Positions 1 through 42,876 of a DNA stretch of 64,000 nucleotides are shown here, piece after piece (within the stretch, counting starts at the first letter, position 1; the number at the start of each line of letters is the position of its first letter). The DNA is from Narcine bancroftii. Lineage: Eukaryota. Made by a program: the position numbers and the translations under genes. The stretch covers positions 158,844,001 through 158,908,000 of the forward strand of contig NC_091470.1 in NCBI RefSeq assembly GCF_036971445.1, in the 5' to 3' direction. Below the pieces are notes generated by a model that saw nothing but the letters and a program-made list of their open reading frames with translations, made no database searches and had not been told where the DNA came from.

Positions 1-3000
1 TAATGAAAATAGCCAATGCCAATATGAAAATCATAAATATTTTCAAAAAGGTTGTGAGGACCTTCTTTTTCTTCCACGTCAACTAATGGAATATCTGGCA
101 ATTCCTTTTTTGTGTGAAGGTAACCAAAACCACCTGGCTCAGGGAAGCTCAAAATGCCGAACTGTGTGTTCCACATGTGAAACATTTTAAAAAAAACTAT
201 ATGAGCAAGTTATTAATTAAGATAAGAAAGTTTTGAGCACAAGTACAAAATAATGTGAATTAAAGTGGTTCAAACCATATCTATGAACTGAGAAATTGCT
301 GTCAAAGAAGGCTCAAAGGTAATACCTGGAAATATGGAATTCATTATATAGGGGAAGCCAGTTTTAAAAAAAATTAAATTTGCAGTACAGTAGAAGCCAA
401 TTCTCGCTCTTCTAGGCTGCCCAATTTTATCAAAGTTAACCTACAACCCCATACGTTTTGAAGGATGGAAGGAAACTGGAGCATCTAAGGAAAACCCACA
501 CAGACACAGGGAGATCATACAAGCTCCTTACGGAGGGCGCCAAGTTCGGACCCGGGTCACTGGCGCTGTAATATCATGCCCTAAACTATTCAATTTGATT
601 AAAGTATTGGACTGGTTTAGAAATGTAAAGAGGGGCATGAAAGGATTGCATAGATTGGGCTCTTCACCCTTGAATGAGCAGGCCTTTTTTGGGATGTAAA
701 ATATCAACCGAATTAAATAAGTCTGGGCATTATTTCAAGCAAAATGAAAACAAACAGATGGAGGTGCAGACTGCCAAAGGCAAGTGTTGGTGTTGGAAAG
801 ATTCCAGCTTTTGATATTCTGATGGTGCATGGCCAGCAGTTGTGGTGCATGTTGATACCAACCACATCGGTAAGACAGGGATGAGGTCTGCAACGGGAGT
901 TCAGGCAACTAGGAGGCTGTTTAAAAAGCAAAACCTCAAAGGTTGCAATCTTTGGGTTGGTCTGGTCCCACAAGTTAGTGAGTATAGGAATAGAAGGATA
1001 GATTAGATTAAACCATGTCAAAAGGGACAAATCAAGGAGATTACCTATCAGTTCTTGGGACTGTTTTTGGAGAAGGTGGGATCTGGACACGCAATTATAG
1101 GTTACACCTTAACCAGAGCAGATGAATATTCTTGTAAGAAAGAATGCCTGTGTAGTTGTGCAGGGCAAAGTGGCTCAGAGTAGATGCTCTGATAAAGCGA
1201 TGTAATCAGTCACCGAGAGAAGTGATTCACCCAGGAGGCAGAACAAACACATCTTGGGAATTCAAAGCTGAATTGCATCTATTTTAATGCAAGGACAGTT
1301 GATTTATAGGGAATACAGTGTTGAACTATCCACTTGATATCATGGGGTATAAAATATTTGTACATAACGAGGAATAACAGATTTGGCATTGTACAGCAAG
1401 ATAATGATTACTTTGCTTCAGAACGGAGAGGAGATATTCTGGAAGGTTACTCAAAAGAGGCCACATATGAGACAACAAGAGGTAAAGCAACAGATAACAG
1501 AGAGATGTGATTTAAAAAAATCAGGTCACAATACTAGAAGAATTTAATTTCATGGATGTTAACTGCAGCTGCCTTAATATAAAATACTCAGAGGAAGTTT
1601 TGTAATGTTCTAGAGAGCTTTTTGCACAGTATGTAGATAGACCAACATGAGGAGGAGTAATAATGGGCCTCATCTTTAGGAATTAAATTGACCAGATGGA
1701 GAAAGTATTTGGGCTGGCATTTTTGGGATAGTGGCCATAGCTTCATGTATTTCAAACTCATGGACAAAGATTGAGATGGAGCATAAATTAATATTTGAAA
1801 TTGGGGCAAGATTAATTTCATTGAAGTAAGGTAGGACCTAGACAAGGGTGATCAAGAGCATCTACTTGTGGGGGTGGGAAGGTGAGAGAAATTAGAAAGG
1901 GAGGGTAGAGGGATAACCAGAGGAGGGGGAGAGATGAGATCTGAGGATTAGGGGGTTGGGGAGATGTGGAGTAGAGAGAGGTGTAGGAGGATAGGGAATG
2001 AGTAGTGAGGGGGGGATGTGAACGGAATCCAGCAGCAGTCTGTGTCAGGAGCCATGTGGTACGAGTCAGAGTCTTTTTCAGGTCCAGCGCTGGAGTCGGA
2101 AGTCAACGCATCAGGAGCTCTGGTGAGTAGAGTCTGGGCCCAGGTTGGAATGGGTGGCTGTGGCTTTGGGAGCTCCTTGGGGTTGGCAACTGGGGCCTGG
2201 GTTGGAGTAGGAGGCCATGGTGTCGTCCGGTTGAAGGACTTACACAGGCTGCAGGCAACAGGGAACCAGTATTGAGGAAGGTGCTGAGAGCAAGAAAGGC
2301 TCTCATAGAGCCTCGGGAGCTGAATGCTTCCTTATTGTATCAGAGGTTGAGATCTGGAGCTCGTTGCCGATGATTTGAACTGGAGCCTGTGCAGCTGCAG
2401 AGGCTGAAGGAGCCTTGGTGAATCTGCGGAGACACGGTGCCTCTGAAGAGAGACTCTGGTTTCTTTTTCTCCCATTGTTAGAGGTGCCAGGCAATGATTA
2501 TTGCCACTCTTTGTTTGCCTTACAGCAGACAAAAGTTGAAATATGTATAACATAAATATTTTTAATTATTGCATGTCAATAAAAGGAAGCTTTAAAGGAA
2601 CTTTTGAACTACTGTTAACTTTGTATTTCATGTACTAGAATCCCTAGATACCATTGTACCACTAAAATCAAGTCTTTCTCCATTAAAATAGTTTGCTTTT
2701 TCATTCTTCTTTGCAACGCAGTTCACCTCACATTTTCCCACATTGCGTTCCAGCTGCCAACTTCAAGCCCACCAACAACCAATCTGTATCTTATACATTA
2801 TATTGAGTTTATTTTTAAAAAAACTTAATAGGTACTTTCTCTGTCTTAAGTTCAAATGCTGAGAAGTTCTCATGCTTCTGAGATGAACAGAAATTTAGTA
2901 AGGTGTTTTCCTAATACTCCGGTATAAATAGCCCTTGGAATTAAAAGTGTTGACATCAGAGCAGAACTCTTCCACACTTCATCCTTTTCATTGTGACTCA

Positions 3001-5189
3001 GCTCAGACCCATGTGATGTTTACCAGCTGAGAATGGACTCAATTCCTGTCCTACATTGTCTACTAGTGGCAACAATGAGGCAGCACAGGCAGAGAGGAGA
3101 GCAAGAACCAAACTGGATGAGACTGGGACAATACCCCATATCCCACATCAGTTGAAGGCTAAGGTATAATCTGAAATGTACAGAACTAGATACACCTGGA
3201 ACTCCTAGTGTCCAACGATGTTAATCCCTCTCCAAGGACCACGAGAGACTGCAGATGCTGGAATTTGGAGCAAAAGCACAATCTGCTGATGGAAACACAG
3301 CAGGTCAAGAAGCATTGGTTGATATTTCAGGCTGGAGCCCTTCATCCAATGTTGTCTGCTGTGTTGCACCCGTCAATGCTGCTCGAGATGCAGAGTGTGA
3401 TTTTAATTCAGTTCTCATCCACATTCTCTCACCAAATGTAAATTTGAAGAATAATGATTCTGTTCTGTCCAATACTCCATCAACCTTTAGTCTGCCCACC
3501 TTCGGCCCTTCATAATACTTGATATCACCCCTTCCTATTTTCGGTCCCAAGCTAAAATGTTGACTGACCCTTTCTACCCCTGGACACTGCCTGACCTGGG
3601 GAGTCCCTCCTGCTCTTCATTGTTTGTTCAGTATCGAATACACATTTCGTTACTTGCAATACTTCTTCCCAATTGTTGAAGTGATGAGTTGGGTTTTCTT
3701 TTCAAAGTTAGATTTGTTAATTTATCCACCATGGTCCACAGAAGTAACTTGTGCAACTAGTTCAGATATCCCAGTTTGAAAAGTTTGGGCAAAATTTTTA
3801 TTTCACTTTCCATTTGAAGGAATAGCATCACCATGTGGTCATCCAGGTAATCTGATTGGAAGAAGTTGATCTGCACAGAACGTGGACAGCGGGGAAAAAG
3901 CCCATTGTGCCATGCCGTATTTTGGAAAGAACTATCAAAATCTCCACTCTCCTGTTAGTTCCCCAATTTTTTCAACCCTTTTTTGAAATTTACTTCCATC
4001 AGACTGTGCCTTAGAGTTGTGCAACATAGAAGCAAATCCTTGGGCCCAGCAAGTTTGTGCTGACCACCAAAACATACTTACTTCTAAACCATTTGATTCT
4101 CCTCACATTCCCATCAGCTGCCCCCCCCCCCCCCCCCCCCCCAGACTCTACCACTCCTACACACTAGGACCAACTAATCGACCGACTCAAGTGCACGGCA
4201 CTTGGAGTAATTCTGGTTGTACCTGTTACAGGAAGGAGGGGGATGCTTTATAAAGGAGACAGATTTACTAGGATGCTGTCTGGATTAGAGATATCAGGTG
4301 TAGGGAGAGGTTGGGAAAACTTGAGTTGTTTTCTTTGGAGTATCAGTGGCTGAGGTGAGGTTAAATTATGAGACGCACAGATAGGGTAGACGATCCAAAT
4401 CTTTTTTCCAGGGTGAAAGCATCACATTTAAGGGGTGGGGGGGGGGGATTTAAAGAGTGGTAGATGCTGGAATGGGGCTTCTAGATCAAGACATGTATAT
4501 GCAGAGGGATAGGAATGATTTTTTGCTTAGACCTTGAAGAAAGGCTCAGGACTGAAACGCCGGTAATATCTCTTTACCTCTTATGATGCTGTGAGACCGG
4601 CTGAGTTCCTCCAGTAGTTCTGTGTGCATTTCACTGCAATCACAGTGCCTGTAGACTTTTGTGTTTCACATCATGTGCAAGAAGCAGAGTTTAGTTTAAT
4701 TTAATTTGGGGCTTGTGAGAAGGCACACAGAGGCCTCTACCAGCTGCACCCCATCACCGCCCCATTTCCAGCCTCACACACCTCCCTAAAAATTCAAAAA
4801 ATGGAAACCATTCCAGTATTTCAACCCAGAACTCCTGTATTCTCTGATCCCCACTTTTTCTTGTCATCACCTTGGATTGCAACTTCTCAATTCACAGACT
4901 TGTCTTTCACAATTGAACATCCACGTCTAAATATTCCTGAATTCCAGCAGCAGTCTCTTATTAGTGATCAAAAGTAGAGTACAAGAATTCTCACCCCAGC
5001 CGATGAATTGTGTGCAGAATGCCCATCAAACCACTGGCTATATTTGGCTGATCAACAAAAAGCCAATTTTGAAACTGTATTTTTCTCAACTTGATGCCGA
5101 TCTTCAGTAACACTGGATAACAAAGATTTTGCTTCCTGAACACTTTTGGGTGCATTTTATGGATTTTGGGTTGCTGATCACGAAAATAT

Positions 5190-6597
5190 GAGAATTGATT
5201 GGGGGAGGAGGGTTTTTTTGGCTCTGTGAATGCAGAGCTGGGGTAAAAGAGACATGGGGATCGATGGGGTGGGGATGGTGAGGCTAACGGAATCCAGAGA
5301 AGTCCATGTTAGTGTCATTCAGTTGGAGGTGTTCCTCAAACTAGTGAGTGGTCTCAGTGTGCCAGTGTATGAGACCACGGACAGACAGGGAATTGAAATG
5401 GGTGGCCACTGGGAGATCCATACTATTGCAATGGAGAGAGCCGAGGTGCTCAACAAAATGTTCTCTCCGATGTAGAGATGACACCTGCAGATTCACAAGT
5501 GAATTGTGGCTTCACTTGGAGGGGCCCCAAATGGTGGTGCAGGAGGAGGTGTAGGGACAGGTGCAACACCTACTGCTGTCATGGGGGTAGGTGCCAAGGG
5601 GACGATTGGTGGGGAAGGAGTGGACGAGGGAATTATGGAGGGAGCTGTCCCTGCAGAAGGTGGAGAGAGGAGGGGCAGGAAAGGTATGTCTAGTGATGGT
5701 ATCATATAATAGTTCGTGGAAATGGCAGAGGTCGCTTTGGTGAGCACCTCGGCTCTGTCCACCACTTTACCAGTGGCCAATCATTTCAATTCCTGTCCCC
5801 ATTCCCAGTTGACAAGTCTGTCTATGCTCTTGTGCCCTGCCAGACTGAAACCACCCACAAATTGGAAGAACATCTCATATTCCATCTGGGATCCCTCCAG
5901 CCCATCACACATTGGCTACCCGGTAAATTGACTGTTCAATGAACAGGTTCAAAACTGCATTTTTTGCCATTCACACTGGACCAATGTCAACTGGTTCTCT
6001 GCACCCTTTCACATTCACCAACCGGCATCCCGGAATAGAGGGGTATTATCCTCACTAATTGGACCCAGCATACGCCCTATCCTGTTCACACTGGGTGAAC
6101 CTGTACACCAATTCAAAATGTATTGGCGATGATGCACCCTCCCTAGGCAATTCATCCCCAGGGCGATCTGACACCTGCGTGCCAGGTCGTGAATGTTCAT
6201 ATTGGCATGTTAACTGGTAGATAGATGGTTAATTACTGGGTTAAAGTGTGAATGGGGCTATAGACATCCAGATTCCGTTACCCCCTCCCCCACAACTTTC
6301 CCTATGACTCCTTTCCTCTACCTCTCTCCTTTACCCCAGCTCTGAATTCAGAGCCAAAACCCTCACTACCCCTATCAATTCTCACCTTCCCTCTCTCCTG
6401 GCCTCTATATCCGATTTTTCACCTGCTGTCTGTTGGTCTGTTCTCCTCTCCCTGCCAATTTTTAAATTCAGACACCTGCAAGCTTTTTCTCCTATCTTGA
6501 AGCTGGTCTCAGGCCTGAAACGTCGGTAATACAACTCTACCCCATATGGACACTGTGAGACCTGCTGATTTCCTCCAGGATTTCTGTGTTTTTACAG
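5190..6597. mobile_element. Penelope-like element fragments, rearranged (other pieces near 3240-3630, 4530-4670, 14955-15545, 16870-17290, 18760-18900, 38090-38510, 41870-42950, 43370-43510, 45930-46430)
   Basis: GIY-YIG-type 3' remnant (PVANHFNS..H, KLEEQHLIF.LG) followed by the recurring GAAGGGCTCAxGCCCGAAAC and GACCTGCTGAGTTTCTCCAGC terminal block. Confidence 0.7.
5899..6260. mobile_element. PIF/Harbinger-like MITE inside a Penelope-like fragment (similar element at about 19318-19590)
   Basis: AGCCCATCACAC / GTGTGAATGGGGCT inverted termini; internal TTCACACTGG repeats. Confidence 0.5.
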
Positions 6598-7444
6598 CTG
6601 CCTGGTTGGGACAGCAAACGAGGAAAACCAACAATTATTGGCTATCACAGAAGAAGACTGAATGATCCTTTGGCTTACAGCCAGGGGCCTTGCAGATGTC
6701 CTTCTTAAATTCAGGTGTTATTTCTGCAGTTTGCAGCTAAGAAAGGTTTGTTTCCAAAAGCCTTGACAATGGGGATATTTCGGTTGTCCAGAGTCTCATT
6801 AATTTCAACATAAATAGTTGTGGAGAGAAATAAAAGACCTGCGACTTCTCGACCCCTACACCATGTGCCAATGGTCAGCATTGCTGTTGTAACTGACAAT
6901 GGATCATGCATTCTATCAAGCCCAGTTTCAAGTTCAGTTCATGACTCCACAGAGACATCACTCAAATGGCACAAAATTGGGAAGAAAAGTCCAGGATCAA
7001 GATGACGGCAGAAACCCTGTAAAGACATGAGAACTCATGCACTGGGTTTCAGTCACAGATACCAACAACTGGAGACAAAAACTGCAGACTATATCTGGAG
7101 AAAAAGATCATTTCACTTCGCGTGATGGTCCCTGAAGAGGACAGGCAGTGCTTGCCTCTAAAAATATATCCTCTACTAACTGACTAAAATGTGGAGACTT
7201 TGAGGTACATGATAAAAATAGTTGCTTCAGTTTCAATGACTCAATAGCAAGTCCTCACTCAATTCCTCGCCTTCACTTATCGTCCCTGTGGAATCCAATA
7301 CCAATCAGGGTCAACCTCAATAAATTCTTGATTCCAAGTGACAAAAATATTGGTTTGAAGATTAAATCCCATTAACTTACAGATCTTAAATATATACAGT
7401 ACAGACTTACACCACTACACAGCACTGACAGAACCAGCTCCCAC

Positions 7445-7450
7445 TTTATT
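7445..7450 (-). terminator. Probable ZBTB17 polyadenylation signal
   Basis: AATAAA on the minus strand about 730 nt after the stop, followed by a GT-rich downstream element. Confidence 0.65.
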
Positions 7451-8179
7451 ACTTGTGGATAGCAGCTGCCTTACATAAATAAGTCTAGAGTTTAGATCCC
7501 ATCAATGAAGTGCCGTAGATGGGGCTTTCTCCCAATGAGCTCTCTAGTAGCTGACAATGAAGCTTGCCGCCTGATATGCGTTCTTCATTACAGACTGCAC
7601 GATGGGCAGGAGACCATGACCAATAGTGTTGGTGCTGCCTGACTGATGGTAATAGCTCTCACTCATTGGAGGTACATTTCCTTAGTCACTCCTCAGTTTG
7701 ATCCAGTGGAGTGCATAATGTTGGCTTCTAATTGTAAGTTCAGACCCATGAGATTCTGAAAGCTCCTTTCCACCCGACTCCTCTTCCAACCCAAATTGTG
7801 CTGGACTTAGTGCATTCAATGTGGAGAAATCAGATCAGACACCAGAGTAATAAAAGCCAATCCCTGACATTCTACAGCAGGCACCATTAGTTTAAATCAT
7901 CCCGATTGTTTTATCGTGGTTCTCAAGCTGTGAACTGTTAGTGTCAGTTTTAACGTTATGTTTAGTTTGATTGTAGAGCTCATATACAGTCTCTCTAATA
8001 GGTGTTAAGTTGTAGTCATGGAGCTGGCCTTGCAGCTTTCTATACTTTAATGTGAAGATTGTGTTTGAGTTGCCGCAGTCAGGATAGTAGATGGAGCAGA
8101 GCATTTCTGCTCTGAGACACAATTTGCACAATGTATCTCATCCCTGCAACAACCCTCTTCTGTGAGGGATTCCAGCAGC

Positions 8180-37860
<29,681 letters not shown>

Positions 37861-38603
37861 CTCTGTGGAAAAGAAAGAGGAGAGAGCATAAGAAAACTGA
37901 TCAGCTGAGGTTACAGTGCAAGCTGCTGCTGTACTGCCAAATACTCTGGACTGTGTGATCACCATAATTACCTGGCGTATAGGTCCCACAACAATGAAAA
38001 GGGGCACCAATCACCCAAGATAAGTGTTAATTCCCAATCAGTAGAACAGGGACAAAAAGGGAATGGGCTGATTAAGACACGAGTGAAACACAGAAACCGG
38101 CAGACATCGGTGATGGTCGTAAAAATGCACAGAAATGCTGGAGGAACTCAGCCGGTCTCACTGCGCCCGTAAGAGGTAACGGCGTGTTCCCGATATTTAG
38201 GGCCTGAATCCTTCTTCAACGTATGAGCAAAGAGCAGGCAGCCGTCTGAATAACGCCTGGGGAGAGAAAGGGAGAAGAATGGGAGGAGAAGGAGTCGAGA
38301 CCAAAGTCAAAAGGTGTTAATTTGATATAATAAGAGGAAAGGTGAGAATTCATTTTGTGTCTGTGAAATTTAATGGAATCCAGAAGAGTTGGTGTTAATG
38401 CCATAGAGTGGAGGGTGCCCAGACAGAAGATGAGGTATTGTTCCTCCAATTTGCAGGTGATCTCAGTCTGGCAGTGCACAAGACCATGGACAGACATGTC
38501 CGTGGTGACATTTTTGCAGGTTTAAGACCAACTCCTGACAATGAAAGTGCAGATAAAGATAATAGGCAGACTGTCCAGACACCCAAGCAAAATGATTTCT
38601 TCT

Positions 38604-41600
38604 TGTGGTGAACGTCTACCAAGCTGTCTGTCTCCCCTCTGGCGAGCCTTGCTGTACTAACATTGTCTGTGCATTATCTCTACTGTTAAGGACAGTACCC
38701 TTGGATATAACTGTATATGCACCGATTGTCTTTCATTATTGTACCATGAGTTTATGCTCATAAAAGCCATGATTATTGTTTGACCACATCGTCCTTGTCT
38801 ACTTCATCAACTGGCACTTCAATTTTATTAGCAGAAATTGAGCAGCTGATAATCGACCAGTCTGGCCCGAGGGCCAGAGAAATTTTCAACCACTGGATTG
38901 CTTGCTTTGATTACTACGTGGCTCGAAACAACGTGGTCGATGAGGCGATAGTGGGGCCATCTGAACTCTCTGCTGGGTGAGGTACCTTTCGCCGTAACGC
39001 AAGGAGCTACCACTCTGGCTATAGTCCGGGAACGTCTGACTGCTTACTGTGTAGTGCCACGGAATGTGGTGCTTGCTCGACACCAGTTGCTGACTAGATG
39101 CCAGAAACCCGGGTGCTGCCTATGCACTGGCCCTCGAATCACTGGCAAACGAATATGATGTCAGGGCAGTCAACTTGCAACTTGCAACAACTAAGAAACA
39201 ACTAGCTATTGACTACAGCCAGACAATCAACCATTACACTAACCTGGATGCCTACCCCCTGCCATGCATCAATGAAATGATTAATCAGGTAGCACAATAC
39301 AAAGAGTACTCCACTATCGACCTCAAAGCAGTTTACCACCAAATCCTCATTAAAAAAAAAGGAACGACCCTATACAGCCTTTGAGGCCGATGGGGGGGTT
39401 ATACCAGTTTAAAAGGGTACCTTTTGGAGTCACTAATGGTGTGTCAGTGTTTCAGAAGGAAATGGATAAGATTGTTAGGACATATGAGTTACAGGGTACG
39501 TTTCCCTATCTGGATAATGTCACTATCTGTGGGAAAGCACAGGCTGCGCACGACAACAACTTAAAGAAATTTTTAGCAACAGCTAAAGAACTCAACCTTA
39601 CATTTAACGAGGGAAAATGTGTGTTCAACACGACAGAGCTACCCATTCTGGGCTACATTGTCCGCAAGGACGAAATCTGCCCCGACCCAGAAAGAATGGC
39701 CCCCCTTAAGAAGTTACCACACCCAAACTCAGCAAAAGCCCTAAAAAAATGTATGGGATTATTTTCCTTCTACTGCAAATGGGTTCGGGACTACGCCACG
39801 AAGGCACGCCCTCTGTTTGACACTAAATCTTTTCTTCTCCCTCCAATGACCTTGAAGGCATTTGAGAGAATTGAAGCTGATATTGCCAAAGCTGCACTCT
39901 CGTCCATTGACGAGGATGTCCCATTCCAAGTGGAAACTGATGCCTCAGATTGTGCCTTGGCAAAAGGGCAGACCTGTGGCATTCTTCTCCCGCACATTAT
40001 GCGGAACTGAACTTAAACATCCTGCCATTGAAAAAGGCTATTATTGAAGCTGTTTGCTAATGGAGACACTTTCTAGCCGGCAGAAAATTTACTCTCGTCA
40101 CTGATCAGAAATCTGTAGCCTACATGTTCAGTACTAAACACAATAGTAAAATCAAGAACGATAAGATGGCAAATAGAACTCTCAACTTATAATTATGGGA
40201 TCCAGTACAGACCCGGCAGGTTAAATGATCCCTCTGACGCATTGTCACGATCTGCGGCTGGTGCTCAGCTGGAGGGGCTAAAAGAGATCCATAGCAGACT
40301 GTGCCACCCAGGAGTCATGAGGTTCTTCCACTACATAAGGGCTAACTTCCTTCCTTACTCTCTGGAAGAATTCAGGAAATTGACTAAAAGCTGTCCCGTT
40401 TGTGCAGAATGCAAACCACAATACTTCAAAGCTCTGGAGGCCACTCTCATCAAGGCAACCCAACTTTCTGAGAGGATTAGTTTAGATTTTAAAGGGCCGT
40501 TACCTTCCAACAACAAAAATATACATTTCCTTACTGTTATTGACGAATATTCCCAGGTTTCCCTTTGCGATACCCTGCCCTGACATCTCGTCAGCGTCTG
40601 TCATTAAGTCACTTGACAGAATTTTCAGCATTTTTGGTTTTCCCATTTACTTTCATACCGATAGAGGCTCAGCATTCATGAGCACTGAACTGTGGCGAGC
40701 CCTGCTACGAAAGGAGATTGCCACCAGCTGTACCACGAGCTACAACCTGCAGGGCAATGGGCAAGTTGAAAGAGCTAATGCTACAGTCTGGAAGACTCTT
40801 AATCTTGCTTTAAAAATACATGGTTACCCTGTTACCTGGTGGCAGGAGGTGCTGCCTGAGGCACTAAATTCTATTCGGTCTTTATTGTGAACTGCAACAA
40901 ATCAAACACCTCATGAACGTATGTTTGCCTTTCCTTGGAAATCAGGAACTTTGATGGACTGGCCAGCCTGTTTATCTGATCCTGGAACCGTTTTGCTGAA
41001 GAGCCACGCTTGGGCATGTAAAACAGACCCCCTAGTCCAACCAGTTCAGCTACTGGATACTAACCCCAACTACGCTCATGTTAAATTCCCAAACGGGAGT
41101 ACTGACACTGTACCCCTAAGGGCCTCGCCTGGTTCGCCCCTTCCTCGCACCCCTACTCAGAGTGAGCCTGAGAGGTTGGACTCACCCCCCCAGCCTGTGA
41201 CCCCTAGTAAGCTTTCAGATGGCCATGCTGAGGTTCCACTGCCTCACGCTGGCGATTCTGGAGCGGGTCCAGAAGCCAGTCCTTCCCACACTACAGACCC
41301 AGGACCTGTACTAGTTCCCAAGGTTGCAAAGGAGCCACCTGTTTTGAGAAGAAGCACTAGAATTCGTAAACAAGCTGATAGGCTGACATATTAATAAAAC
41401 ATCTCATTATATTTCAATTACTTGCTAGATACTAGCGTATTTTGGCTGTTACGGTATTCTCAAGGCCAAACAAGCTGTCCTTTTGATTTTAACCCTTCTT
41501 CTGCCAGGGAGAGACTGTCTGCCAAGCTGCCTGACTCCCCTCTGGCGAGCCTTGCTGTACTAACATTGGCTGTGAATTATTTCTACTGTTAAGGACACTC

Positions 41601-41724
41601 CCCTTGGATATAACTGTATATGCACCTATTGTCTTTCATTATTGTACCATGATTTTCTGCCAATAAAAGCCATGATTATTGTTTGACCACATCGCCTTTG
41701 TCTACTTCGTCAACTGGCACTTCA
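38604..41724 (+). mobile_element. Gypsy/Ty3 LTR retrotransposon, degenerate, gag-protease region largely deleted
   Basis: LTRs 38604-38821 and 41516-41724 (17 mismatches over 209 aligned bp); TG...CA ends; TSD CTTCT/CCTCT; purine tract before the 3' LTR; RT (PFGVTNG, YLDNV), RNase H (VETDASD), integrase (HHCC, HTDRGSAF, GNGQVER) in Gypsy order with frameshifts. Confidence 0.95.
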
Positions 41725-42180
41725 CCTCTTCCTACAGATGTGGCTCCGAACCAGAAAAGGAGGCACTGATCTCTCCTATAGTACAATGTTCTTCTGCTTC
41801 CCTTTCACACGTCTCCGATATTGCATGCAGAGGATCCAGAGCAGCTAACACTCAAATAGCTGTGATTCACGAAGTCTACAGGTGTTGTAATTGTAGTAAA
41901 AACACACAAAAAAACCTGGAGGAACTCAGCCGGTCTCCATCCATGAGGGGTAAAGATCTATTACTGACGTTTTGTGCCTGAGCCCTTCCTCAAGGTATAA
42001 GCAAAGAACAGGAAGGCATCTGCCTTTCCCCCTCCCCCATCTTCATCTCCATCTCATTTCCCTCAGTGCTGTCTCTCTCTTTCTCCCTCTCTTACTTTTT
42101 CCCTCTGTCTCCTTTCAGAGACAAAATGAATTTTCACCTTTCCTCATCATATCCAATTAACACCTTTTATCTGTTGGTCT

Positions 42181-42876
42181 TGTTAGAAATTAAAGTACCT
42201 TTAAAGAAATTGCTCGAGACAAAAATTGAGAACAAAGAACATTTATTACTACAACAATGCAAAGTTGGGTGCTTCCCCTTACCCTGGGAATACACCCACA
42301 CACTGGGGCTCACCCAACTTTTATACAGTTGATTTCAGTGTAGGAATACCCTCCCCCTTACATTCTTCTGCCTCCTGCTGGAGAGGTTTGGCATTAGGCA
42401 ATCCTGCCTGCCTACGTGCAATTTCAGTATACTTGGAGAACCAGGGGGGGTTATCCTGTCGGTGTCCCTTCATGTCATTGTCCTTATTCACACCTTCCTG
42501 ATTCTCAGGGCTACAGTCTCTTGATATGCAGAGTTGACTCATTCTATCTAGGGTTGGCTAATTTCATATGTATAAATCTGTGTATGGTTAGCTAATTAGA
42601 AATGTATGACTTGGTACTTCTGTCCAGGGCTAGGAGACCCTTATCTGATCCAGACTACCTCAACTTCCTACATTCTATTGTACCTTACCATTCCTTATCT
42701 TAGTCCTATGGTCTTGTCACAAAGGATAGAAGATTCTTATGTTAATCGTGCTGACTCTGCTTTCCTGCATCCTAAGCCCCAAACTTATCCTGTTTGAACT
42801 GGTTTCAGCCATTTTACTGATGAACTTTAGTTTCTTCCATGTTCATAATTTTAGGTCAATTTTCCCATCTCTCACA
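42181..42876 (-). mobile_element. Solo LTR, ERV- or Gypsy-type, 696 bp
   Basis: TG...CA ends; 4-bp TSD GTCT; minus-strand TATAAAA (42319-42325) followed by AATAAA (42242-42247); interrupts a Penelope-like repeat. Confidence 0.8.

Noticed and set aside
2244-2518. Minus-strand segment bounded by AG and GTAAGT
   Set aside because: Stops in the frames examined, lies beyond the ZBTB17 poly(A) signal, and may be repeat-derived.
1-7400. SPEN 3' exons expected from mammalian synteny
   Set aside because: No SPOC-domain-like translation found by eye.
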